The position numbers were made by a program, and so were the translations under genes. The notes under the pieces are model-generated. The model was given only the letters and a program-made list of their open reading frames with translations, was not told where the DNA came from and made no database searches. From a virus (lineage: Duplodnaviria; Caudoviricetes), in IMG/VR virus record IMGVR_UViG_3300010376_000002, positions 9,819 to 73,818 of that record: a stretch of DNA of 64,000 nt, one strand, 5' to 3'. Of this stretch, positions 47,799 through 58,165 are shown in pieces. How positions within the stretch are numbered: the stretch's first letter is position 1; each line of letters begins with the position of its first letter.

Positions 47799-49055
47799 TT
47801 AGATGGTTAAGCTAATTCCGCCTCCGGTTCCGGTAGTACCCGGATAACCTAAGCAGGTAGCAAAACCAAAGTCTGGTTGACATCTTTGGTAGATAATAGG
47901 AATCACCGCATGCGGGCGTTCGGGCCTATACGCACGTGTTACTTGATACAGGTGGTAGCCAAAATCGCCAAAGGCGTTACAGTCGTTATCCCTCAGCACG
48001 ACGAACTCAAGCTCTCCTTGACTATACTGCGGCGGAAATTTCCACTCACCCGCGCCCGTGTATTGTTCCGGAACTAACCGGCGGAAACTATTACTAAACA
48101 CCATGAAAAGAACTTCATACATAGCATTTAGATAGTCAGGGTTAGCTCGCGCGCCGATACCTTTACTAACTTGCACTGCAATTTCGGGCTCAATGAAGTC
48201 AGGAATTAACTGACCATTTAACAAACCGAAAGTGTTAAAGCGCAGAGGCTGCTGATCGATGCCTAGGGCGACCCCCTGGTACGGTCCAGACCAGGTGTAG
48301 CCTGTTAAAGTCTCTTCACCAAGCGTGTATTTACCCGTGGTTAATGCACGCATATCGTACCTGACATTCAGGTCCGCGCGTAAGTTATCAATGATATCAG
48401 CACCCGCAATTACCTTAACAATGGTGCCGGCTTCGCTCTCAAACGGTTCGCAGAGTAGGTTCTCATGCGCCCACGTTTCTACGTACTTCAGGAAGGGGAA
48501 CGTAACCGCTGTGTCCGGCGGCGTATCGTCGTTCATGCTAACATCGATCGCTTGCACATCTCCACTAACCATCTGCGGGAAAGTGTAGGTAGTGTTACAT
48601 TTGATCTTAACACCACTGCGCAAAAACAATTGGCTCCTAACATCAATGTTAAGAAAATATAACATTTGTTTTTGCAGCGCATCTTGGGTAGCAGAATAAC
48701 TACCTTGGAAAGCCGACCGCATTTGCTTAATGCAAACTTTTGGTCCGCGGCCGCGCACAGTTCCTAACTTGGTAGTATATTCTGTACTACCCGTTTCGGC
48801 CACCTGCCCGAGGTCCGCGCATGAATCCACATCGTTGAAGAAAGTGGGTAATACTAACGAATGTCCTAACACCGGACGTTCCATCACGATGTTACGTTGT
48901 TCGTCACTAACAGCGCTCTCGAACACTCCGCCATCGAGCACGTCCGCGTAAGGTGCCCGCCTCATCAGGAGCAAGGTAATGTTACCAACGAGACGTAAAA
49001 TATCGCGTGAGGCAAAATCGATAACTGCCGCAGGGCTAAGTAGGCAATCGCCCAT
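47799..49055 (-). CDS. Probable major capsid protein
   Basis: 418 aa, long non-coding leader, heads the minus-strand structural operon; no other capsid candidate seen. Confidence 0.65.
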   Translation of the reverse strand: MGDCLLSPAAVIDFASRDILRLVGNITLLLMRRAPYADVLDGGVFESAVSDEQRNIVMERPVLGHSLVLPTFFNDVDSCADLGQVAETGSTEYTTKLGTVRGRGPKVCIKQMRSAFQGSYSATQDALQKQMLYFLNIDVRSQLFLRSGVKIKCNTTYTFPQMVSGDVQAIDVSMNDDTPPDTAVTFPFLKYVETWAHENLLCEPFESEAGTIVKVIAGADIIDNLRADLNVRYDMRALTTGKYTLGEETLTGYTWSGPYQGVALGIDQQPLRFNTFGLLNGQLIPDFIEPEIAVQVSKGIGARANPDYLNAMYEVLFMVFSNSFRRLVPEQYTGAGEWKFPPQYSQGELEFVVLRDNDCNAFGDFGYHLYQVTRAYRPERPHAVIPIIYQRCQPDFGFATCLGYPGTTGTGGGISLTI

Positions 49056-49232
49056 ATATAAAAATTTCTGTTGAATTAAAGGGGTTAAAAGTGCGAACGA
49101 AGACCTCGACTTCCGCGCCTGCGGAGCAAGGTTGATTTCGGCACCCGCTTGTTACGCCGCGGCGACCGGCGGACTCGAGTCGTTTCTGAAAGGCCGGGAA
49201 CGAGCCTCGTCAAAGATCCCGTGCTGAGAGGT

Positions 49233-49546
49233 CTACTCCTCCTTTTGCTCCTTGACAAGAGCTTTTAGTTTGCGCTTAGCTCGGGATTGCACGCGATTGT
49301 TTGTAGATTGGTTATTCCCTGAGTGTTTCATCATTAGAGGTCGAGTCTCTGAGTGGGCTCGACCTCTCGCGCTTTAAGGAAAAGCTTCGGCTTGCCCGGC
49401 CGCACGATCACTCGGTAATAGCGTCCGGTACGCGGAATGTGCGCGGTTGGTTCCCGGTGCTGACCGTGAACGAAGACCTTTAGCCCTTTGTAGGACCGTG
49501 TCTCGTTGTACCACTTCCAGAAATCTTTCTCTCTGAGCAGCCTCAT
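49233..49546 (-). CDS. Two small genes (49334-49546; an untracked 33-aa ORF at 49233-49334, MMKHSGNNQ...KEQKEE)
   Basis: TAATG coupling at 49334. Confidence 0.45.
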
Positions 49547-49608
49547 TCCACAAAAGACTTGAGCTTCGACCTTGGTGGCGTGTCAATAGGGATCGGAACG
49601 AGGCTCTT

Positions 49609-51486
49609 ATGGCTTACCCTGCCAACGCTCGCATACCGGTGCAGGACCGTTACTGGATCCAGGGCGCCAACTCCCTCGTCTTTCCGACCGACCTTCCGCA
49701 AGGCCAATACTATTGGGCCGAGAACCTAGTCAACCGCGGAGGCGTGATGCAAACTCGCTCCGGCCGCAATCGCATCTTCAGCTTGCCGGGCACGCGCGCG
49801 CAAGGAATCACGATCTACCGTCCCTATCGCGAGAAAGAACAACTTGTGTGGTCGGTAGACGGTCAGATTTTTTGGTCCGAATATCCCTTCACGAAGTATT
49901 CGGCGATCACGAAAAGCCAAGTCGCCTTCTACAAACACGCACCGCGCGTTTATTTCTGTCAGGCGCGCCAAGGCGTAAAGCTCAATATCGATGGTTCGCT
50001 CACCCTTCTGCCGCAACCCCAGGATATATTGATGATGCAGGATGGTTTTACGGCTAGCGCTGCCTACATCGCTACCTCTAGCACGGCTCCGCTGCAAGCT
50101 GCCCACAACCAGCCCGCAGCACCCTGGCTCCAGTGTCCGACCGGCACGATCATGTTCTATAGCGGCAACCGACTCTGGGTCGCGTACCAAGAAACCATTT
50201 ACGCTAGCGACCTAGACAACCCGAACAGTTTCTCGGAACGCACCTATTTAGCCGAAGCCGATGGATTCAAACTGCCAGAGCCGTGTACGGGGATGCTCGA
50301 GATTGCCAGCGGTCCGACTGAGCTAGCTTCGCTCCTAGCCTTTAGCCCATTTACGATTACGAGCTTACTCTCGAACGTTTTGGATAGGACTCAGTGGCAG
50401 AATACTGCCAATTTCCAAACCATTATCTCGCGCGATTACGGCAACGTGGCGCCGTTTCTGGTTGCGAACCAATTCGGACTTCCGTGGTTCTGGAGTGAAG
50501 TCGGACTTCTGTCGCTCGACGTTGCCCTGAACCAATACGGATCTTCGGCCGTGAATCCTCGCGACATGGAGATGCTGCGTTCTAAGGACAACATCTCGGC
50601 TTTCGCGGCACCTAATATCTGCGGAGTCGCCTTCGAGAATTTCCTGCTTGTCAGTGTGCCGAGTGGGTCACGTTACAACCGCCAAACTTGGGTCATGGAC
50701 GGGGCACCGCAAGCGCAGCTCAACGGTGGTGCCGGCCGATGCTGGACCGGTATCTGGACCGGCGATTATCCGGTGCAATATGCGACCGGCGAGATCCAAG
50801 ATGTCCCTAGGTGCTTCCACATTGGATACTCCTGCCAACCCGAGCCGGATCCAGCCGGCAATATGTGTCAAATTCACATTTGGGAGGATTTTATCGGCCG
50901 GCGAACCGATCAAATCGACGGACAAGACACTCCGATTGAGTGCTCGTGGGAATCAAAAATTTTCGAGGTCAGTCAAGTTGGCGAGTTGATTCGCTTTAAG
51001 TATGTCGAGATCGATTGCGTCGAAATCTTGGGCACTGTCGCATTGCAGATCTTCTACGCCGGCATCAAAGGCCACTACCGGCTTTGTTATTCGATGATTC
51101 TTTCAGCTGATGAAGGCTTGCCTGGCTGCGATGAGTTTCCTCTCTGGACCTATCAAGGGCTGGCTACCGACACCGTTTTCGAAAGTTTCCGGCCGCAGGT
51201 CCGGACCGTCCGCACTCCAGATTTCTCTGGCTCGGCGGCCGAAGACGATGGATGCAGCGACACGTGCGGAATCGAATCGGACTATCAGCACAACGTCGAC
51301 CGCGGCTTTCAGATCTTGATCAACTGGCAGGGTAGAATGGGAATCAGGGAAATGCGCCTTTTTGTTGAAAATTACCCTCAACCTGGGGTTGGCAGGTGCA
51401 CTCCCACTGAGACAGGCGAAGTGAATATTGTCTCTGCTGTCGGTTGTCTGCCGCCTCCGAAAGTCTGCCAAATAGTGGTGCCGTAA
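49609..51486 (+). CDS. Probable tail nozzle/DNA stabilisation protein (P22 gp10-like)
   Basis: WAENLVNRGGVMQTRSG N-terminus, beta-propeller-like pattern, size and position before tail and ejection genes. Confidence 0.6.
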   Translation: MAYPANARIPVQDRYWIQGANSLVFPTDLPQGQYYWAENLVNRGGVMQTRSGRNRIFSLPGTRAQGITIYRPYREKEQLVWSVDGQIFWSEYPFTKYSAITKSQVAFYKHAPRVYFCQARQGVKLNIDGSLTLLPQPQDILMMQDGFTASAAYIATSSTAPLQAAHNQPAAPWLQCPTGTIMFYSGNRLWVAYQETIYASDLDNPNSFSERTYLAEADGFKLPEPCTGMLEIASGPTELASLLAFSPFTITSLLSNVLDRTQWQNTANFQTIISRDYGNVAPFLVANQFGLPWFWSEVGLLSLDVALNQYGSSAVNPRDMEMLRSKDNISAFAAPNICGVAFENFLLVSVPSGSRYNRQTWVMDGAPQAQLNGGAGRCWTGIWTGDYPVQYATGEIQDVPRCFHIGYSCQPEPDPAGNMCQIHIWEDFIGRRTDQIDGQDTPIECSWESKIFEVSQVGELIRFKYVEIDCVEILGTVALQIFYAGIKGHYRLCYSMILSADEGLPGCDEFPLWTYQGLATDTVFESFRPQVRTVRTPDFSGSAAEDDGCSDTCGIESDYQHNVDRGFQILINWQGRMGIREMRLFVENYPQPGVGRCTPTETGEVNIVSAVGCLPPPKVCQIVVP

Positions 51487-51492
51487 ACCGCC

Positions 51493-54400
51493 ATGAATCT
51501 CGTCCAGTTTTCAGCCACCAGTACCTTCGGTCAGGCTAATATCGCTGGCGATATGCTCGTGGCAATCATAGGTGCACAACCTGCGGTCACGGCAGTCCAT
51601 GATTCAGCCGGGAACACTTATACCCAGGCTTATCTCTATTCCGGCACTCCGGTAAGCGGATACGATATTAGTGTTTGGGTCTGCTATTCGTGTGTCGCTC
51701 ACGCGAGCGGCAACGTTGTCAGTCTAACCGGCGGCACCTCAAACCAGACTGTGGTTTATGAGGTCAAACCAGACTTCGCGGCTACCTTTGGCTCAGCGGT
51801 GGGAGTGCAAGCCAACAGCACGGTTAGTAATCCTTCCATCGGTCCTCTAGCCGTCCCAGCTAACAGCTTTGTGCTCCTGGGTGGCTTTCCCGGCTCGATT
51901 GCCGGGTTAGTTCCTTCGACGGGTTGGACTATCGAAGTGGGAGGCGCATTCGGCGACCAATCCGCCTGGATGATCTCAGTAGCAGGCGGCAGTACCAGTG
52001 TCCAGATAACCAGCGCCGGCCGCAATCCTAACGCCTTGGTCTTGGTCGCTCTTACCGAGACCTATGCTCCGACTCAAACTCCGCCCGCCCAAGGCACGAT
52101 TGTTCTTGGGTCTGGCTTTAAAGATCAACTGGGCGCGGCCCAACCAAACTTGAGTGACGCGAATGCTTGGACCCGTTGGGATAATCCCGATTCGACCGGC
52201 ATTGACTACGTCTACTGTGATGCTGGGGTTGCCGTTAATCCTACGAGCGTCAAATTCTCGGCGCGTGCAACTCGGGAAGCAGGAACAGTCGGCGCAAAAC
52301 TCCAAGCGAGTAACGATGCGACCTGGGCAACCGGAGTGGTTACTCTTTGGCAAGTCAGTGCTGCGCCTACCTGCGGGACGCTGCTCAACGGCTTTAGTAT
52401 GGCCGCTTACTCTGGTTACACTTGGCGGTATTACCGTTGGCTAGTGCCCAATGGTCAAACCACGGGATTAGCAGATCTGGAGTTCTACGGCTATTACGCT
52501 AGCGGTGTAAATGGGCAGTGCGCGCCCGTCGCGATTACTAATTTCAATGGAACGACGGGAGGCTTTTACGATGCGCCAGTCCGAGTGCGGATGAGTTGTC
52601 CGACTACCACGGCCACCATTCGCTACACCACTGACGGCACCAACCCGCAAAGTTCAGGCACGGCCCAGACGTATACTGGGCCAATTGTTATTAGTACTAA
52701 CACTACGATTCAAGCCTGCGCTACCCTTACGGGTTTGGCTGCTTCTCGGGTTACAGCTGCCAGTTATTACATCAACGTGATTAGTGTCGGACAGGGCGCA
52801 GCCGACATCCAGCATGAAGTGACTCGAGGCGGCTATCGGTGGTTCGCCATGGGTATTCAGCTGATGTTCAATCCTCCGGATGGACTCTGGTATGCGTACG
52901 GGCAGAACAACGACATGGTCGGTTTTAATACCGAGGGGAACGCCGGCGTTAATGTTTACTCCTCGCCTGATCTCCGAAACTGGTCCTTTGTCGCCAATGT
53001 GATGCGTCCAGCAGCGACTTGGACAGCACCAAACAATTTCCCTAACCGGACCGCAGTCCTTTACTGTGCGGCCAATGGTACTTACGTGGCGTGGCAGCAA
53101 ACGGCGTATACGCCATACACGATGTATGTCTGGACGGCGACCAGTCCCGGCGGCCCTTTCACCTTGAACGGTGGTGCGACTGGCTACGAAGGTTCCCGTC
53201 CCACTATTGATGGCTTTACGCCAGGCGGCGACATCAAGACTTGGTTGGATGGATCTACTGGAAAAGCCTACCTGATTTTCAATGCTGGCGGCTCGATGGA
53301 AATCTGCCAGTTAACTCCTGATTTCGTTAATTCGGCCGGATCGCCCAATTACGTGCAGTACGAAATCATGGGCGGTTCGAATCCAGGCGGACCAAATCCT
53401 TTCTCGAATACTCCCGAAGGGTACTCGATGTTCAAAATCGGCTCGACCTATTATTGGATGGCGTCGATGCCTCAAAGCGTATTGCCGGGCCTGAACCAAT
53501 GCGTCGAGGGTTCGAGTCCGCTCGGTCCTTGGAGTGCTCCTTATAATCCCCTGCAACCGGATAGCGGCTCAACCGGCTCGGGCGGAAACTCTGGGTACAG
53601 TCCGAACATTTACAGCCCGTCCAATCAATACGGCTTCGACGGTCAGAATGGAGGTCTTTGGGTTATCCCGGGCCGAACCAACGGCTACATATGGCTAGCG
53701 GAACGCTATGACGCTGCCTCGAGCACTTGGCCCAATGCCAGCGATACCACCGCCCATTACCATCTGCTCATTCTGCCAATCAAACTAGATGCGAGTAATC
53801 ATCTTAAAATTACTTGGCTTCCACAATGGTCATTTGACACCGAGATGCCCCAAGGGACAGGGCAACCGGCCGCTCCGAGCGCTCTAACTCTGGGCGGTAC
53901 TCCCACGAGCGTTTCACTTACTTGGGTCAATAACGCCACACAAGGTTATGCTCTTTACCTGGATCGTGCTGCGGACTCCGGCTTTAGCGTCAATCTCGTC
54001 AGCGAAGTCCTGAACGCAGGACAGACCAGTTTTACCGATACGATCCCTGGGACGACCTATTACTATCGAGTTAGAGCCGTCAATGCCAGCGGTTCGTCAA
54101 TCTCGAATGTCGTCTCAACCGTTCCGCCGGCCGCAGCAACTTATTATGTTAATGCAACTGCTGGGAATGATTCCGCCAACGGCCTTACGCCCGGTACAGC
54201 TTGGGCATCGCTAGCCAAGGTTAACGCCCACTCCTTCGTTCCCGGTGACACCATCCTTTTCAATGGTGGCCAGACTTTCGCGGGCGGACTCGCGCTAAGC
54301 ACCAGCGGCACTTCGGGTTTGCCCATAAGCTTTGGCAGCTACGGGACCGGCGTGGCTACGATTCAGAGTCCGGTCGGCACGATTGGATTTTATGCCCATA

Positions 54401-55968
54401 ACTGCGGCTACATTGCCCTAAGCAATCTGAATTTCACCGGGCCAGGGATAGCAACTGCTAACGAGCACGGAGTATATTTCCTCGTTGATCAAGCCGCGAC
54501 TATCTATAACTACATCCGTCTCGATCACGTCAATGTGACCGGCTACCAGAACGGCATCTTCCTAAACGGAAACTCGGCTTGGCATACCTCGCCGCAGAAC
54601 GGCTATAACGATGTCCGGATCACTAATTGCAACGTCTACGCGAATCAGCTCAACGGCATCATGTTCACCGATGGGAACGTGACCGGAGCTTATTCGAATG
54701 TCTACGTAGGATATTGCAACACGTACAATAACCCTGGCATTCCCAGCGGATCTCCCGGCGGTTGGTCAGGGACAGGGGTAAACTTTAACGTCGTCAATGG
54801 GGGCACCCTCGAATATTGCAGCCTTTACGGGAATGGCACCAATGGCGGCAACTTTGGTGTCATTTTGGGGGGCTGCAATAACGTCACGGTGCAATTCTGC
54901 GAGGCGTACAATAATACCAGCGTAACGGGCAACGATGGTGGTGGCTTCGACATCGACGGTGAATGCACCAACTGCACAATCCAGTACTGCTATTCCCATG
55001 GAAATTACGGGGCAGGCTTTGCCCTGTTTCAGTGGGATACCGCCAATCCCTTTAACAACAACGTCATTCGCTACAATATCAGCGAGAATGACGGATTCGG
55101 CTTAGGACTCTGGGGGGAAAACGCTTCCTTCCCCATCACTAATAGCTCGGTCTACAACAACGTCTTCTATAGTAATAAGGGACCAGGGGTAAATAACTTC
55201 GGGTATTCGGTTGGCATCACCGTCCAGAACAACATCTTCTTTGCAACCAATAACCAGCTCCTAAATCAGACCTCGGCATCCACTACCGGAGTCACGTACG
55301 ATCACAACGATTATTACGCCGCTCCCGGCACGCCCTGGAAAATCTCTTGGGGCGGCACTACCTACACGACGCTGGCATCGTGGGGACAGGATGCTCATGG
55401 ATTAACTTCCGATCCGTTATTGGTCAATCCGGGGAATGGCGGCACCATCGGCGATCCCACAAAATTATCCATGCTGAGTGCGTACTTGCTCCTGGCAGCA
55501 TCGCCCATGATTGATGCTGGGGTTGCGATCGCCAATCATGGGGCACGCGACTTTTACGGCAATCCGCTCAGCACTGGCTCGAATGACATTGGGGCAAATG
55601 AATTCACGGTGATTCCGATTGCGATTCCGCCAATAGCTGTGGTTCCGCCCGCGGCCCAAGTTTTGGCTCCTCCTGGGCGAGCTCGTATCTATCATCCTTT
55701 TAAACGCGTCTGGACACCGCGCACTCCCGACTCGAGTTACGACTCTTTCGCCGGCTTGACTCCGCCTTTCCCCATTGTCCAGCTTTCTCCAAACATATTG
55801 GGAGAAACTCAAACCGACCCGAAAACGGGCGCCCAAGTCCCGGTCTTCATTGGCCTCGGAGTCACGATCGCTAATGCCGTCTACTTAGCAAATATCGTTG
55901 TCACTCAACCTCTCGACCGGCTAGGAGTCGGCGTGACCATCCACTCGGGAACTTATACTCATCCATGA
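51493..55968 (+). CDS. Multidomain tailspike: discoidin-like, CHB_HEX_C/Fn3-like, GH43-like propeller, Fn3, right-handed beta-helix
   Basis: IRYTTDGTNP..YTGPI; GVNVYSSPDLRNW..SPGGPF..GKAYL..SPLGPW; TYYVNATAGNDSANG..AWASLAKVN..PGDTILF. Confidence 0.8.
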   Translation: MNLVQFSATSTFGQANIAGDMLVAIIGAQPAVTAVHDSAGNTYTQAYLYSGTPVSGYDISVWVCYSCVAHASGNVVSLTGGTSNQTVVYEVKPDFAATFGSAVGVQANSTVSNPSIGPLAVPANSFVLLGGFPGSIAGLVPSTGWTIEVGGAFGDQSAWMISVAGGSTSVQITSAGRNPNALVLVALTETYAPTQTPPAQGTIVLGSGFKDQLGAAQPNLSDANAWTRWDNPDSTGIDYVYCDAGVAVNPTSVKFSARATREAGTVGAKLQASNDATWATGVVTLWQVSAAPTCGTLLNGFSMAAYSGYTWRYYRWLVPNGQTTGLADLEFYGYYASGVNGQCAPVAITNFNGTTGGFYDAPVRVRMSCPTTTATIRYTTDGTNPQSSGTAQTYTGPIVISTNTTIQACATLTGLAASRVTAASYYINVISVGQGAADIQHEVTRGGYRWFAMGIQLMFNPPDGLWYAYGQNNDMVGFNTEGNAGVNVYSSPDLRNWSFVANVMRPAATWTAPNNFPNRTAVLYCAANGTYVAWQQTAYTPYTMYVWTATSPGGPFTLNGGATGYEGSRPTIDGFTPGGDIKTWLDGSTGKAYLIFNAGGSMEICQLTPDFVNSAGSPNYVQYEIMGGSNPGGPNPFSNTPEGYSMFKIGSTYYWMASMPQSVLPGLNQCVEGSSPLGPWSAPYNPLQPDSGSTGSGGNSGYSPNIYSPSNQYGFDGQNGGLWVIPGRTNGYIWLAERYDAASSTWPNASDTTAHYHLLILPIKLDASNHLKITWLPQWSFDTEMPQGTGQPAAPSALTLGGTPTSVSLTWVNNATQGYALYLDRAADSGFSVNLVSEVLNAGQTSFTDTIPGTTYYYRVRAVNASGSSISNVVSTVPPAAATYYVNATAGNDSANGLTPGTAWASLAKVNAHSFVPGDTILFNGGQTFAGGLALSTSGTSGLPISFGSYGTGVATIQSPVGTIGFYAHNCGYIALSNLNFTGPGIATANEHGVYFLVDQAATIYNYIRLDHVNVTGYQNGIFLNGNSAWHTSPQNGYNDVRITNCNVYANQLNGIMFTDGNVTGAYSNVYVGYCNTYNNPGIPSGSPGGWSGTGVNFNVVNGGTLEYCSLYGNGTNGGNFGVILGGCNNVTVQFCEAYNNTSVTGNDGGGFDIDGECTNCTIQYCYSHGNYGAGFALFQWDTANPFNNNVIRYNISENDGFGLGLWGENASFPITNSSVYNNVFYSNKGPGVNNFGYSVGITVQNNIFFATNNQLLNQTSASTTGVTYDHNDYYAAPGTPWKISWGGTTYTTLASWGQDAHGLTSDPLLVNPGNGGTIGDPTKLSMLSAYLLLAASPMIDAGVAIANHGARDFYGNPLSTGSNDIGANEFTVIPIAIPPIAVVPPAAQVLAPPGRARIYHPFKRVWTPRTPDSSYDSFAGLTPPFPIVQLSPNILGETQTDPKTGAQVPVFIGLGVTIANAVYLANIVVTQPLDRLGVGVTIHSGTYTHP

Positions 55969-57428
55969 ATACCTTCGGTTTAGGCGGACGCGTCCAAGTC
56001 GCGGTGCTCGACGCTGCGACCGGCCGAGTCATGCGCAAATTGCCGTGGCAAACAAATCTCATCCTCGACCAGGGGATGGATATGATCGCCTCAATGCTCT
56101 TTAATCAAACCTTTACCAACTGCGCGGCCGGGACCGGCAGTGCGGCGACGGACCAAAGTTCCGGCACTACTACCGCGACGGTTAGCGGAACTACCATCAC
56201 CGCAAGCACGGCGTTCTTCACTACCACAATGATCAATGCCGACGTGCTCTTTCCAGGCAACGTCCGCTTTAAAATTCTCTCTCTCGGTGGCGCTTCGCCC
56301 TCCGCCACGGCCACTCTCAAAACCGCCGGAACGATTGCAAGCGCCACCGCTTTCACTGTCCAGTATGTCACTCAAGCCACGCTCTCGACCGAGGTGAAAC
56401 GCTCCGGTATTTACTCCGCTGCGCCGGGCGCTAACGAAGCTATCGTGGCGCCTGGCTCGGTCACTTTGCAGCGCACCTTTGCCTTCACGCCGGAGACGAC
56501 CAATATCACCTATACCGAGATTGGCCTTTCGCCGAACTCGAGCGCAGGACCGAATCTCTTTAGCCGGATTCTCTTAGCTACGCCGGTCAGTCTCCAGGGA
56601 CCGAGTGCGCTTCTGCCCAGTGGGCAAGCACTGCAAGTGACCTACCAATTGACGGTGAGCTTCGATTACGGCTCGGGCGCCGGCAATTTCTTCAGTGGAG
56701 TCAACACCGGCACAATTGCCGTTACCAATTTGCCGGTCGTATTTCCGATCACCAAATACGCGAATTCGGCGACGATTCCGGGGCAACTCGCCGTCACTGT
56801 GACCGGCAACATGCCGGCGGTTGTCGGTCAAAACGTTACCTTGGCCGGTTCCTCCCTCTACAACGGCAATTGGCAAGTGCTCGATGTGTCCTCGATCACT
56901 GATCCGACGCACGGTGCGTCGACGGTGGTGAGCTTATCGGTTTCCTACTCGAGTGCGCCCGCAATCACCTCCGATAACCTCACTACTCCGCTCACTGGCG
57001 GCTTTTTCCGCAGCTGCCAAGGCATCTATCTCATCGGTCCAACCGGGCAAAGTACGCCGCCGACTCCGACTGCGGATGCTTTTCTCGGTTTCGGCGAACC
57101 GGGCATTAGCGTGATGGGATGGGAACCGCAAGCTTGGGCGGCGCCGGCCGGTCCGTCATTGCTCGGCGGCAACGGTGCTCCCGTCTCAATCGATCCATCC
57201 AAAATCTACACGGTTACCTGTCTGCCGAACGCCTACACCAACGGCAATTTCTTTTTAGATCAGGTGGCCAACATCACGATTGGTACTCCTCCGGCTATCA
57301 GCTCTTTTGGCTTCGGACTTCCGGATCAAACCAATCAAATCGAAACCTATTTCTGGAACGGTCCGCAAGGGCTGGTCGTCAACTCCACGCTCTCGATCAC
57401 CTTCCGTTCCAGTTGGGCGCGTAACTAG
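55965..57428 (+). CDS. Tail structural protein
   Basis: NLILDQG...AAGTGS...L..EVKR...RTFAF...EIGL...LFSRILL. Confidence 0.6.
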   Translation: MNTFGLGGRVQVAVLDAATGRVMRKLPWQTNLILDQGMDMIASMLFNQTFTNCAAGTGSAATDQSSGTTTATVSGTTITASTAFFTTTMINADVLFPGNVRFKILSLGGASPSATATLKTAGTIASATAFTVQYVTQATLSTEVKRSGIYSAAPGANEAIVAPGSVTLQRTFAFTPETTNITYTEIGLSPNSSAGPNLFSRILLATPVSLQGPSALLPSGQALQVTYQLTVSFDYGSGAGNFFSGVNTGTIAVTNLPVVFPITKYANSATIPGQLAVTVTGNMPAVVGQNVTLAGSSLYNGNWQVLDVSSITDPTHGASTVVSLSVSYSSAPAITSDNLTTPLTGGFFRSCQGIYLIGPTGQSTPPTPTADAFLGFGEPGISVMGWEPQAWAAPAGPSLLGGNGAPVSIDPSKIYTVTCLPNAYTNGNFFLDQVANITIGTPPAISSFGFGLPDQTNQIETYFWNGPQGLVVNSTLSITFRSSWARN

Positions 57429-57430
57429 CC

Positions 57431-58165
57431 ATGGCTGTTCCTATTCCAGTCAGTTTCCAGTTAAATAAATCGCCGGCCGAAAAACCGCTCGGCGTTCAAG
57501 AGCTGCTCAACCTGATTGGCGATTCATTAGTCGCTTCCTTCGATCGAAGTAATTATATTTTGGGACAGCTCGGAGGGATTCTCCCTAACCAAAATTACGG
57601 TCCTTGGGCTAACGGCCGGGAATGGTGGTTCTGGAGCGACAACCAAGGTGCCTATGTCCGCGGCACGGACGGCGTGCCGGTTGGCACCATTATCATCTGG
57701 GGCGGACAAGGCTCACCTCCTAACTGGCTAACCTGCGACGGAAGCGAACAATCCCGCACCACCTACAACCAACTCTTTCAGGTCATTGGTACGACTTGGG
57801 GCGCCGGTGACGGGCAAGATACTTTTAATCTTCCGCCAGGCGCCGGAGTCTTTTATGCGGCCGCTCATTATCCGCCTAATGGCTCGATGTGGGATCGCGG
57901 CGTCCAAGGTGGAACCCAAATCGCTCCGCTGTTAGTCACTCCTAACATTCCGCCTTTGCAATGCAAGGTTGGTTTTACTGCCACCACTAAACAACAACCT
58001 GGTCCCTACGGCTTGCCAATCCTCGAACCTTCCTATCAAAATGTTGAAAATTACATCTATGAAGTCCTGACTCCGGACGGCACTCCGCTCAAGTTTCAGG
58101 AACAGACCCAGTTCTCGATCATGCCGCCATTCGCCAGCGCTAACTACGTTATCAAATACCAATAA
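57431..58165 (+). CDS. Tail collar domain protein 1
   Basis: PVGTIIIWGG..PPNWLTCDGSEQSRTTYNQLFQVIGTTWGAGDG..TFNLP. Confidence 0.9.
   Translation: MAVPIPVSFQLNKSPAEKPLGVQELLNLIGDSLVASFDRSNYILGQLGGILPNQNYGPWANGREWWFWSDNQGAYVRGTDGVPVGTIIIWGGQGSPPNWLTCDGSEQSRTTYNQLFQVIGTTWGAGDGQDTFNLPPGAGVFYAAAHYPPNGSMWDRGVQGGTQIAPLLVTPNIPPLQCKVGFTATTKQQPGPYGLPILEPSYQNVENYIYEVLTPDGTPLKFQEQTQFSIMPPFASANYVIKYQ

Noticed and set aside
53373-53390. GGTTCGAATCC T-loop-like string
   Set aside because: It lies inside the tailspike CDS with no T-stem or acceptor pairing.
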